From NCBI GenBank assembly GCA_000697335.1, contig JNEM01013660.1:1-41471 (forward strand): DNA of 41,471 bases. The letters are read 5' to 3'. The position numbers and the translations under genes were made by a program. The notes under the pieces are model-generated. The model was not told the DNA's origin and made no database searches. It saw only the letters and a program-made list of their open reading frames with translations. Each line of letters opens with the position of its first letter. Within the stretch, counting starts at the first letter, position 1. Origin of the DNA: Conidiobolus incongruus B7586 (lineage: Eukaryota). Below are positions 13,281 through 26,378 of the stretch, one piece after another.

Positions 13281-15326
13281 ATAAAAATATAATTTATTAT
13301 CCCAAAATTTGGAGAAAATTAAACCTGATAGAAATGAATATAATTTACTAATCATTCTAATTATATTTTTTAAATAAAATAACACTCTACTGAATAGCTA
13401 TATTTATAAATCTTTCAAATATAATAAAATAACTTATGATAGTTTTATTAAGTTTGTAATCAAATCAATTGATTTTACTTTAATATCACATAAATTTTAT
13501 TCCAATATCTGATTCTCTTCAAAATCAAGTACACATTCAATATTTTGAATTATAATTTGTATACGAATGATATAATGAAATGACAATTAGCAATTCTTCC
13601 AATATAATGTTTTTAATATGGATTTAATATTATATATATTAAGTATTTAAATGTCTATAATTATGATTATACCTAAATTACAAAAATCATATATTAGTAA
13701 TAATAAAATCTATTAGTATTTGGAATTGTATGGTATCGAAATATCAAGTTACAAAACGCCTATATTGATATATGATTTATAATTAACAATTGATTCTATT
13801 GATTACATTTGTTTGGGAATGATAATAATATATTTTTTGTTTTCTATTTCAGTTTTAATATCCATTATTGATCAAATATTATGGAAATTATCAAACTAAT
13901 TGAATCAAAATGAATATTTAATAGCTATTTAAACATAATTCAAAGTTATATGGATTATCTTTCATTTAACATATCCAATGCTTATTTTAATCAATTCTAT
14001 TTCTATTATTTAAAGCTAGCGACTATTTAATATTAAATTCAAAATAGCTAAAATATTCTTTATCATATACAATAAGCTTAAACCGTATTCAGTTTTGAAG
14101 TTGTATTTAATTTGAAATAATAGTCAAAACTCATTATTGAATATAAATCCAAGTAATAAGCAATTTTAATCATCAATATAAGTATTATTATTATTATTAG
14201 AACCAACGCATAATAAGCATAATTTCTAAAATGTCCTTAGTAATAATAATATATAAAAATAACTAAAGACTAATTACTGAATAGTTTACTGTGAATAGAA
14301 AATAGAATACTTTTTAAATGTGGCTTTAAAACCAATTCAATTAGTTACAAAAATGCATGTTTACAGTTATCAATCATATTAAATAATATATCTGATATTA
14401 GTAGAACCTTTTATAGCTTTATATTTCAAAAATATAGTCCTTACCTCAGATTAATAAATTTATCTATCAATATATATTTCTTGATCATCAAATTTTAATT
14501 TATGAACTTATTCAAAGATATAGTTTACAAAACATATCAATACATGTTTGATTCACAATAATAATACATATAATGTTCTAGAGTTATTCATTAAATTTGA
14601 TTATGATAAAATTAAATTATATTTATCACATTAAAGATTTTTCAAAATGTAGTAAATAAAAATTTCAAATTAGCAATTTATTGTAAAGCTTGAATATTAT
14701 GATCAAAATGTTATTAAATATTAAGTATACTCCAAATTTGTCCAATCACAAGTCTTTTTAGTCATCAAATTCAAAGGGGTTATAAGTCGGATTCTAGCGA
14801 TTATTTTATTTGAATGAATGGATTAGCTTCGCGAAATATGGATTCATATTTAGCATTGGTATTCAATTTTCAATCAATATTCATTTAATTATTTATTTTG
14901 TAAATAAATGAGTTATTTTTTAATAATCAAATTAGGTAATACAATAATCATAACTTTGTCATTAGCATTCAATAAGCATCTGTAGCTTATAGATAAAATT
15001 ATAATTTGATTATGATTCAAATTAGCGGAGAAAAATATTTAGTTAGGATATATCACTGGTATTTGCCAATACACAGGTTTAATTAAAAATAGTATGATAT
15101 TGGAATTGATTGTAAACAAGTCCCAAATAACAATTAATACCAGCACTTAGATAATGTCATTGTTTTAAAAATCTAATTTAAATAATGATTTGTATTATAT
15201 TAAAGCATAATCAAGCAAATTCATGCTATTATAATAAAATAGGTGGAGATGTGATTAATATTTTACATTTATTATATTCAGTTGAACACCATCTTTTCAG
15301 CACCATTTTTCTTTTGTATATTTTCA

Positions 15327-18300
15327 ATGTCTCTATCTTCTGTTAATGAAAGTGATTTGATGATTTCGCCCCATTCTCACATTGATTATACTATTTGTAA
15401 CACTTCGGGAATTCCCAGGGATTATTCTCAGCTCAATACTCGTTCTTTAATTATTACTGAATCTGTATTGGAGCGGAAAAAATCCAAGAGATACAAAAAA
15501 CTCTGTCAATTAGCTCCAAGTCTAGGCAAGTATTTATACTTCCTCCACTCATTTCCTTCAATTTTGGCAAAATCTAGTTATTGATTTTAACATTATATCA
15601 TATGAAATATTTATACTTATATGAAACATAAGTGAATTAATTTGGACCAATTGATATTTATATTACGCTTGTTTTTGCTGTGAATTTTCTCACCATTAAT
15701 CATATATAAGCAAATATTTTACTAAATTATTTATTTTATAGGCTCACACTCAACTAGATTGAATCATACAGACTTTGATTCTTTTTCTGTGAACTCTATT
15801 CAAACCTCTATTGAAAAAGTTAGTTTGTTACATTTTTTATATACTGTATAGTTATTCATACATCCTGTTATTTAGAATTATCAAAGTTATTCTACTTTAG
15901 TACCTCATTAGTCTAATCAAACCATTCAATTTGCTCGCTTAAATTCAATTAAAAAACAAAATACTATGACTGTCCAATTATCTGAGGTATTTATATTTGT
16001 ATTCCCATATTTATTATACTAATAAATATTTTTAATACTTTAGGGTATTAAACAACAGATACAGAATGTATTTTAATTATTATTCTATATTTACTTTTTT
16101 ATTCATAACTATCAATTATTAGATTGATAAACCTGATCTCAATGCTTCGGAATCAGAGATATCTGACCTTTCTATTACTTTATCCACTCCAGCTGATAAT
16201 TCAGCTAATGTTGATATACATTTTGACTCTTTAAAAATCGATCAAGTATGAGTATTTTTGTACATTTTATTTTTTTCAATGTTAACTTAAATTCTATAGG
16301 GACTTTCACCAAATGGTGTCAATGTATATTATCCATATATTATTTTACTATTCAAGCTAATTTAAATTTTAGTCTGGTTCTAAATCTCCTTCAAGACGAC
16401 TCTCTCCTACACCTAGACGTGGATGTATTATTAAGCTATATCAATATGAATTCAAATTTCGGGAAGATTTAATATTAGTACAAAAAGTATATAATATTTT
16501 ATTACCTTGCTTATGTATTTATTAATCATATAATATTCTTCTAGCTATTTATGAAACGACTTAAAGAATCTAAAATGTTTCCTCCTAATTTTACTGAAGA
16601 AGTACTATCCGTTTTATTTTTCAAAATAACAACCTTCATCGATATTTCAAATGAATTAATTCATCTATTGGATAACAAGTTAGCCTTAGAAAATCAAAAC
16701 CACAGTGTGACTATTGGCGATGTTTTCCTAAATTGTGCACAATATCACTCATCCTTCATAGAATATTGTCAGCATTACCCTACAGCTAGAAATTTTTTTG
16801 CTAAACAATGTCAATCCAATCCCAAGTTCAGGCTTTGGATTGAGAATTGCCAAAGGCAAAGTACATTTAAAAAATATGGGCTTATTGGATTCTTAAAAAG
16901 TATCAAATTTCATTTAATTTCATATCCAAAATTTTTAACTGAAATCCTAAATAATACACCGAAAGATCACCCTGATTATATGCTAATTCCAGATGCAATC
17001 AATGAGATTGAAACCGTTTTAAAACAAATGCATGTCATATTGAATGCCACAGACACTAAGTCTTTATCATTTAACTCCGATCCTGGACTCTCAGAATGTG
17101 ATCCCGATTCTAGATCATCATCATCCTCAGTGTGTACTTCTCCAAACTCTACTCAACTATCTTTTACTCAACCCGAGCAAGTTAAATCCAGACCCCAATC
17201 ACCAGTTCCACAAGAACAGCCAAATCTGTTACAACCTGCCAATAGGTCTGGATTTAGAAAATCAATTCAAGCACCAGTAATCAAAATATACCCATCATTA
17301 TTTTCTATTCTTGACTAAATTAATGATTTATTTAGGTTGCTTCATGGTCACAAACTGTATCACAGGATGTTTTATCCAATCTCTCAACTGATGAAATCAA
17401 ACGCCAAGAAACTATATTTGAGTTGATCCAATCTGAAAAGGCCTTTGCAAAAGATTTAGAACTTATCACAGTAGTAAGTCAAAATTTAATCATTGAATGA
17501 CTAGTCATTAATTTGTTTTTAGTTGTTCGTTGACCCACTAAGAAAGGAGGATGTTTTTGATCCATCGTTCAGAGAAGCTGCTATTCACAAATTATTTTTT
17601 AATTATTTGGATATCGCTAAACTATCTCAAGAACTGGCCAATGCATTGGAATCGCGACATTCTCAAACTAAGGTGGTTGATAAGATTGGAGATATATTAT
17701 TACCTTGGTCTCAAAAATTGCACCCTTTCGATATTTATGGATCCAGAGTCCAATTTGCAAATGATTATTTTGTTAGTCAAAGGAACGAAAATCAGAAGTT
17801 TTCGGAATTTATAAAGAAATGTGACGCTAATCCTTTAGCAAACAAGTTATCCATGGATAGTTACATTAGTCGTCCCACTACCAGACTTGCAAGGTATCCT
17901 TTGTTGTTATCTTCTATTCTGAAGAAAACTCCCCCCGGTCATCCAGATCACATCACAGTTCATCAAGTCATTAACAATATAGAAACTCATCTCACCAAAA
18001 TTAACGAAGCCAAGGGCAATACTGATAGAAAATTAAGAATGGTTACCATCATTGATCGCTTGGAGTATAAAGGAGGCTCTATCTCAGACTTACACTTGGA
18101 TACACCTAATCGAGTCTTGGTAAAGGAGGGGATACTTAAATTATACAACCATTTCACTGTGAGAGTTTTCCTATTTGATCATCTATTATTACTTACACGT
18201 GAAAGACAATTAGCTGGGGATTTGGTTGAATATGAAGTTTATAAGAGGGTAATGATTATATTCATCTATAGATAATACCAAAATCTAACTTTTTTTAGCC

Positions 18301-18593
18301 ATTATTTTTATCTGAAATAGCTGTCTCTAATGAAGTGATAACCTCTGGTAGCTATGGATCATTAGTAAGCTTTCAATTATTATAAATATACTGTAATATA
18401 AAATATTAATTGCACTTTTTAGGGAATTTTTGATTCAATCATAGGAAAAGATTCATCTAAAGTAAACGAAGATTTGATGTTTAGTATTGTACATAAAGAG
18501 ACGATGGATACCTTTATACTATCCACCATTTCATTATTCGATCGTCAACACTGGATTGATGCTATTTTAAACGAAGCCGATAAATTTCACTAG
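15327..18593 (+). CDS. Rho guanine nucleotide exchange factor, tandem DH-DH-PH (~822 aa; 12 exons: 15327-15525, 15742-15818, 15912-15986, 16044-16067, 16123-16245, 16300-16323, 16373-16486, 16545-17276, 17336-17473, 17523-18248, 18299-18364, 18423-18593)
   Basis: Second DH is Rom/Tus1-type (EIKRQETIFELIQSE...RPTTRLARYPLLL...TPPGHPDH...KINE), followed by a PH domain (VFLFDHLLLL...WIDAI). First DH is recognisable (IGDVFL...YCQHY...TPKDHPDY). The exon chain keeps frame; 5' exons are less certain than 3' exons. Confidence 0.85.
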
Positions 18594-20328
18594 ATCTCAT
18601 TTATATCGAGTTTTCTTTTGTATATTACAGTTCAAAATATATTTAATTTGATTATTAGCTTGCTTTTTTTTAATAAAATTTTATGAAAATATCCTATATT
18701 GTAACTTGCAAATTATTTACTGAATATAATTATATTCAACTTAGCGTCTATATATCAATATATTGAACTTATTTTAAGTTAATTTCTTCTATTATAATAA
18801 AGTGAATTTTTATTTTGATATATTTCATCAAATAATTGAATCAGAAGATTAGATTAACAATATTAATAATTTGTTTATTATTTAATTAATACAATTTCTG
18901 TTGATTTTATCTTTTATTTTAACATAAATTAAAATAATTGATAATTGATTGACGAAATATATCAAGTATTTGTTCAATATTTTTGAAATTATTGCATATA
19001 ATATGACAGAATCAATGACAAATAAATTTTATTAGGAAGTTAAATTTGTAAAATATAGATTATTATTAATTTACAGAATAATATTCCTAATAGCATATTT
19101 TCATATATATTATCTTTATCTGTTGAATCAATATTTTGTTGATGAAACTGCACATATTTAATATGACTGATTAGTTAATTAATTTAATGTGTTAATCAAC
19201 AGACTAATAATAAAACTTATGAATTTTATAATTTAACATATTTGAAAATTAACTATAATTAGATAGAATTTGAGCCATTAATATTGACAATAGATTTTAT
19301 GCACTGTGTTATATGAGATTGTTTCAAGTAGATCAGTTCACTTTGAATGATTTTACATTACATATTGTGGGAGTGATGATCAATGTTATCAAGCTTTGGA
19401 TCAACGTAATGAAACAACCAGACAGTAAAAGAAGTTGAAGAGGATTTATATCATTGAGGGTATATGTTTCTTAGTTTCAACCAGATAATTTTCAATTAGG
19501 AATTAGTTTAATATAATTACTCAACCATTTTGTTTTAAAGTTAAAGAATATTAATTATAAATTGAAAATGATAAATTGAATGGTAGTATCTGACATATAT
19601 AATTATAATTATAAAATATTAATATTTATATAAATTTTAAATTCATTAATAAAAAAATGAAATATAATAATATATTTGGAAACAATTTTAATTCTGTCAT
19701 CAATTTACACGAAAACCAGGTAATATATCCTACATTTTTGAACTTCGAAACTCATTTTCCTAATATTTTATTCAATTAAATTTGATTAAACATTTGTTAA
19801 AAAGCTCGGAATAATAAAAATTTTATTGATGAGCATTGTGGATTGATTTAGAATTCTGGAATGGACCAATGATAACCAGGTCTGGTAAATTCAGCGCTTA
19901 GACTAAAAGAGTAAGCTCTAAGTGATTCAATAGGAAATGAATTTATCTAAATTAAATACTCAGAGCCCATAATGATATTTAGTAATTGGATTAAGGGTAG
20001 TTCAATCAATCTCAAGTTTTAAATTTAAACCAAAATAATTGTCGTAGGGAGTCCTAAATAAGGTAATTTGATTGGAAATTCTGATATATAAACTAAACAG
20101 CATTCAAAAAGACTCCTGAATACTTGATTCTTATCAACTAACTTATTAAAATATATTAATAAATTAATTATATTTTTAAGAGTCTGTTTTGTATCTTTGG
20201 ATGGTCAAAGGGAATTAAAGCTGAACTTTACCTTCATTCAAATCAATTTATTCTCTTTGTATTTTTAGTAAGCCTTTTTCTTATCTGTGTTATATATATT
20301 AATTTCTTTGAACTTTGAAACTTGAAAA

Positions 20329-21268
20329 ATGACTGAAGTATCAACTATGAACGAAAGTCCCATTACTTCGGTAGCCCAGGATTATGACGCTCAAGCTTCT
20401 AATCAAGCCACTTCCCTTCTTCCTCCCATTCTTCATTTGGATTTGAGAGGTGTTAAAATTGATTTGGACAGAGAAACCTTAGTAAATTTGCCTGAGAGCA
20501 TTCTCATTGTCATGTTCCCTAACGGAGTATTACTTAGTAAACCTCCAAGCTCCGAAAATGAGAGTGAGCAAGAGCCAGACTTATCTAATATGGAATTGGG
20601 AACAGCAGACGATCATATTATTTATGTAGATTTTAGCCACGATTTACTTGAATATATACTGAATTTTTATCAACTTTTACATAAATCGGATCCAATGCAC
20701 GACTTGGACTTATCTCACCTATTTGGTATCCCTTCAGGGCCTCATAGTCCTTTTTATGGCAAAAAAGCTTTTATAATCCTTAGAGAAGAGCTAGACTATT
20801 TCCCAATAACAGATAAACACCATCCTCTTCTCAAAACTAAGTGTGGCGAATATTTATTAAACTGTTCGAATATATTTGATCCATTCGAAAGGAATATCCA
20901 CGGAGGAAATAACCATGCTGAACGCCAGCTAGTCGATATGCTCTGCGTTTCCGGATTCCAGAGAGAAGACCAATGGGGTTATCGAGGTATTGAGCCCAAT
21001 CGCTCAACTCTTGTAAGTATATCCCTCGTTCAGCTTGAAGCAAATGCCAAGGCTATTCAAAGTGGTGTCACTCAGAAGCTGCTACTCTTTTGGAGAAAAC
21101 CTGCTGTAAGTTCTTGTTTTACTCATCCATTCAATTGATATCTAATTTGTTTTTTAGAGAAAATGTTGGTGGGATATTGAAGAAATTAAGATACAAAATC
21201 AAGATCAATTCAATTTAGTTAGATTATGGTCCAGAAGAATTTGGACATTGGAGCTAGCTCTTCTTTAA
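20329..21268 (+). CDS. WHI2: Whi2-family BTB/POZ-like stress and growth regulator (~295 aa; exons 20329-21105, 21158-21268)
   Basis: LDLRG..LDRETLVNLPESILIVMFPNG, IILREELDYF, AERQLVDMLCVSGF, and the spliced C-terminus KLLLFWRKPA|RKCWWD...VRLWSRRIWTLEL. Confidence 0.9.
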
Positions 21269-22278
21269 ACCTATTCTATATCAATTTTTATTCAATCTGC
21301 TGTATAATTTAGTTAGTATTATTCTCTCTTCGCTTTTGTTATAAATTTGGTTTTTCAGTATTAACTCCGATTCGATTTGATTGCTGAATAACTTAAGCCT
21401 ATAGTAATATTCCCGAGCTCATAAACTTAATACTCTTAGTTCATATATAATCAAAGTCAATAAAACATTTTTGACCTATTTACAATCTTATCATTATTGA
21501 TATTAGTTGCTTAACTTGATTTCAATACTTAAATTTCTTGAATGTAGTTATTAATATTATACTTGGGCTAGTTGATCAATATTGAATTATAATGATATAT
21601 TTACAAGTATTATTTAATTATAATTTTATTGAAGATTGACTTTAATCATGTGCTTATTTCGAACAAAAAGTGTATTGTTCTTTGAATTAAAATAATACAG
21701 TGTGCTGTTTATTTGGTAATGAAATTTATAGTGATTTTGAATATTGAATCCCAAATATAATTTTTTTACAGCAGTCATACTCTATTATATTATATTATAT
21801 TTATCTCTTGATATATAATTACTCTTTTCCCACTTACTAATTGAAAAATAATATGTCTATATCTGTTAACTCCATTCTAATTTTACTAATTTAACTATCA
21901 ATGATATAAAGAATTTAATCATTTGACATAAAATTAATTAATTGAAATTTCAGGGTATAATGCAATATGGAAAAATTATTCTTAATTATTATTGGATGAA
22001 TCCAAGGAATTTTAAAAGATGATTGGATCATTTGATCAGATATGAAATCACATATTATTTTCAAAATAATTTTATTTTTCATATTTATAAAAATATCCTA
22101 ATATTCGAATCTTTTCAATAATTGTTAATCATATAAAAGGACTGCTATACTTGATAATTTTTAAAAATAATATTTCTTTTTTTATTAATTATTATATATT
22201 CTCTCGTTTTTATCAAATATCATTTATCTTGATTTAATATAAATTATTCTATCAACTAAAATATAATAACAAATTACT

Positions 22279-24330
22279 ATGCTATCCGCTTTATCTAAAA
22301 GAAAATTGCACTTCTCTTCTCATTTAGTTAATAATCTAAAACTAAGGCCCTTGACTACTTCTTATATTCAACTTCGGTATCATAATAATGGAAATAAAGA
22401 CACTAATTCTAACTCTACCAAAGCTCCTACAAATAATTTAAAATCCCCCCTCAAAGAACCTATAATTGCAGCTTCCATTTCCAAGAAGAGCTTAGCTAGT
22501 AACTTTTTCAACAAAGTTCCAGGTAATTTATATATCTTTTATCCTTCTAATATCTATCTACCAACTCTTTGCTAAATTTGATTTTTGTGATCTAGATTCT
22601 CCGCCTATTAATAATTCTACTAAGAAAGAAACACAATCTATTTATACTAACAAGACTGATCTTCCATCATATTCAACTTTTGGCTCTGGATTTGAACATA
22701 TTGCTGATAATGCTAAAGAAAACTGCACTAACGAAAACTCTTATAGTCTTTTCATGGATAATCCAAGAGTGGTAAATTGAATTATTTTTAATATCATAAG
22801 CGTTTTTGTATTTATTTATTATTTTAGTTAGTAAAATATTTAGATGAATATGTTATTGGTCAAGATAGAGCCAAAAAGATTTTAGCTGTTGCTGTTTTTA
22901 ATCATTATAGCAGAGTTAGAGCAAATCTTCGAAGACGAGCTCAAAATAAAAAAGCAAACTCTTCTAATGACCACTCCGAAATGTCTATCTCGGAAAGAAA
23001 TATTATTGCTAACCAAAGAGGTAAAATAATATTTTTCTTTGTATCTTTAATTTAAATTTATATTAATATTATTAAATTTCAGTGGCTTTACCAGTCACTA
23101 CACCTAGTACTTTTCAATATCATCACCTTAAAAGAAACTGGATAAATCCCAATACCAGTGGTAATCCATCAGATCCTTTAGAGTTTGAAGAAGAAAAATG
23201 CCCATCAACACATAATACCACTATTTGTGAGAAGAGCAACGTCCTTTTACTTGGTCCCACAGGTTCAGGAAAAACTTTGCTAGTGAAAACTTTGGCTAAG
23301 GCTCTAAAGGTTCCATTCTCTATGTCTGATGCTACTACATTTACTCAAGCTGGCTATGTTGGGGAAGATGTAGAATTAGTTATCCAGCGTTTACTTCAAA
23401 ATTGTGATTATGATGTCACTCGAGCTGAACAAGGAATAGTTTTCATTGATGAAATTGACAAAATTGCAAGAAGACCAGATACTTTGTCAGTTTCAAAAGA
23501 TGTGTCAGGTGAAGGAGTTCAACAAGCACTATTAAAAATGCTCGAAGGTACTACTGTAACGATTACTGATAAAGGAGGAGCTTCTTCTATTCGTAAAGGT
23601 TCAGCATCTAGTTCCAGCTCAGTTAAGGGAGATGTTTTTACTGTTGATACTTCTAATATTTTGTTCATATTAAGCGGAGCTTTTATCGGTTTAGACAAAC
23701 TAATTACTAATAGAATTTCTAAATCTTCCATTGGATTTGATGCACCCATTAAACCCAAAAATTCGTCCAAATCACAAGATACTACATCTGAAAAGCTCAA
23801 ATTAGTGGAACCTACTGATCTTGTCAAGTTTGGCCTTATACCTGAATTCATTGGAAGATTACCTATAATTGCTACAGTGTCTCAACTGACTCAAGAAGCT
23901 CTAGTTCGAGCTCTTACAGAGCCACGTAATTCATTAATTAAGCAATATCAAGCTTTATTTGCTTTGAATGATGTAAGTTTATTTTTAAAATGAGTTATAT
24001 TTTATCTAATCTTTATTTTAGATTGACATCCGATTTTCCCAAAATGCATTACATACTATTGCTAAAGAAGCTTTAGAGAACCAAACAGGTGCTAGAGGTC
24101 TTCGTCGAATTATGGAAAATTTACTCTTAGAGCCTATGTATGAAGCTCCTGGATCCTCAATCAGACATATCATTATTACCACGAGTAAAGAAGATGGTAG
24201 CTTAAAATCACACTATTTTACTCAGGATCAAGAAGTGGAAGCTATCCAACTCTGCTCTCAAGACGACTTGAACTTTGAGTCATCATCCTCAAGAGCTGAA
24301 GAATCTACCCAAAGAGCCGTGTCCGTTTAA
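22279..24330 (+). CDS. CLPX: Mitochondrial AAA+ unfoldase ClpX (~603 aa; exons 22279-22522, 22596-22771, 22828-23020, 23083-23972, 24022-24330)
   Basis: Basic presequence-like N-terminus. [23 protein letters not shown], Walker A GPTGSGKT, pore loop GYVG, Walker [26 protein letters not shown] loop, TGARGLR. Confidence 0.95.
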
Positions 24331-24852
24331 TTTTGATCTAGCTTCTTTGGAACATTGTAGCTAATATTGTTTCGTAATAGTACTGTATTATTTTAACATG
24401 ATTAAATATGCTTTGTTCATATACATTCGATATTCAATATAATTTTTTGTAAATTATTGATTCTTTGATATATATAAACTAGGTTACTTTATATATTTAT
24501 AATGATATTTGAATTTTAGAGAAATAATAATTTTATCTACAAGTTATGATCAAATTTGAATCAAAATTAGTAATGTAAACATTTACAATTTTAATTTGCA
24601 TATTATAAATCAAATAATAGCATGATTATAGTATAGTTAACTATGAGTAATATCTCATATTTGAGACACATAATATTTTTACATATTTCTATCTGTACTT
24701 GTCAGTCGAATTATATATATTAATAAACTCTAAATACTCAATTTTATAATTATTAATAAATCATGGAGAAACCATAAGTCAAATTTTGATTAATATTCTA
24801 TTAATACAACATGATTCACCTATGAATGAATATTAATTAATTGAATAAATAG

Positions 24853-26378
24853 TGAGAAATAAATTAATTTCACGCAACAATAGTAGCAAAAAGCTCAAAA
24901 CTGATAGTAAATATTATTTTAATTATATATATAATGACAATTTGATTAATTTTAACTAGTTCGCTCTTTTTTTGCTCCTCAACTTCAAAATAAAAACAAG
25001 AATACTAATGGTTTAAATTGGGAGATTAAAGATAATAATTCTTTGTTAGTTGGTATACATAAGGAGGTTCCAAAGTTTAATAAAATAGCAGCTTTTGATA
25101 TGGTATGAATTTTGTTGAAATAAAGTTGTATGAATACTGATTAATTAAAATAGGATGATACTTTGATTAAAGTTAAAGGAAAAAATGTGTATCCTAAAGA
25201 CGAATTCGATTGGGTGTGGTTATATCCTAATGTAGTTAAATTGCTTAATGAGTATCATTTGGAACAAGAGTAATATCATTGATGTTTTGGTATATATAAT
25301 ATTTGATTTGGATTTTCAATATTAGATATTCGATTGTTATAATCTCTAATCAAGGTGGATTAAATCCAGAGCATCCTAAAAGTGAAATTATAACTAAACA
25401 AATTAAACAGAAATTATCACTTATGGCAAAAGAAGTATATATTGTTTAATCATTTAATATAAACATATTCTAATTTATATTCATAGTTGAGAATCCCATT
25501 TATATTTTTAGCATCTACCAGAAAAGATATTTATCGTAAACCAAGAACTGGGATGTGGGACTATTTAACTGATTTAATTCCCAACATAGGTAGTTTCAAA
25601 TATGACTATTGATCAATTCATGACCTAAATGATGCTAGATCGAGATAGTTCATTTTATATTGGTGATGCATCAGGAAGACAGGCAAACTGGGCGCCAGGA
25701 ATGAAAGCAGATCATGCTGACACTGATAGGAAGTTTGCTTTGAATATAGGTATCAAATTTCAAGTCCCTGAAGAGTTTTTTCAAAACCACAATCCTATTC
25801 CTTATACACTCAGTGGGTTCTGTCCAATCACTTTCCAGCAAAAACAATTCCCTCAGCAATCCAGCATCAATGATCTATTACAACCTATCTTTGACAATCA
25901 GCCTAATTTAGTCATGTTGGTAGGCTTACCAGGATCTGGTAAATCTAGTATAGTTGAAAACTATTTCAGATCTCAAAAGTATATCTGTATTAATCAAGAT
26001 ATTCTAAAGACAAAGGCTAAATGTGTGAAAACTTGTGAAATGAATTTAGAGCAAGGGAATAGTGTGGTTATTGATAATACCAATACTACTAAATCTAATC
26101 GAGCACCGTATTTACAGTTAGCTAAAAAGCACAAAATTCAAACTTATGCAATTATCGTGAACCCAGATCTCCAATTGTGTGAACATAATAACAATGTGAG
26201 GTCTCTTCTACCCAATACAAACCATTCACATGTTCCCCAATTTGTCATTAAGATGCAGCATGGTAAATACGAAGCACCTAATGAAAGTGAAGGATTTCAT
26301 CAAATTATCCAAGTTCCATTTATACCCCAATTTCAAAGTAAACTTCATGAACAACTATGGAACTCATATACCTATTAA
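24853..26378 (+). CDS. PNK1: Bifunctional polynucleotide 3'-phosphatase/5'-kinase (exons 24853-24906, 24960-25102, 25154-25269, 25326-25434, 25487-25589, 25639-26378; true start lies upstream and is unresolved)
   Basis: HAD motif AAFDM|DDTLI, ISNQGG, YRKPRTGMW, FYIGDASGR, DTDRKFALNIG. Kinase P-loop GLPGSGKS and VVIDNTN. No FHA domain visible. Confidence 0.92.

Noticed and set aside
14828..14836. TTCGCGAAA (SCB-like) ~490 bp upstream of the RhoGEF
   Set aside because: Single short site with no further support.
19340..19440. GC-elevated patch with GTGATGA (C-box-like) and a short peptide-like frame
   Set aside because: No D box at a suitable distance, no terminal stem and no extendable ORF.
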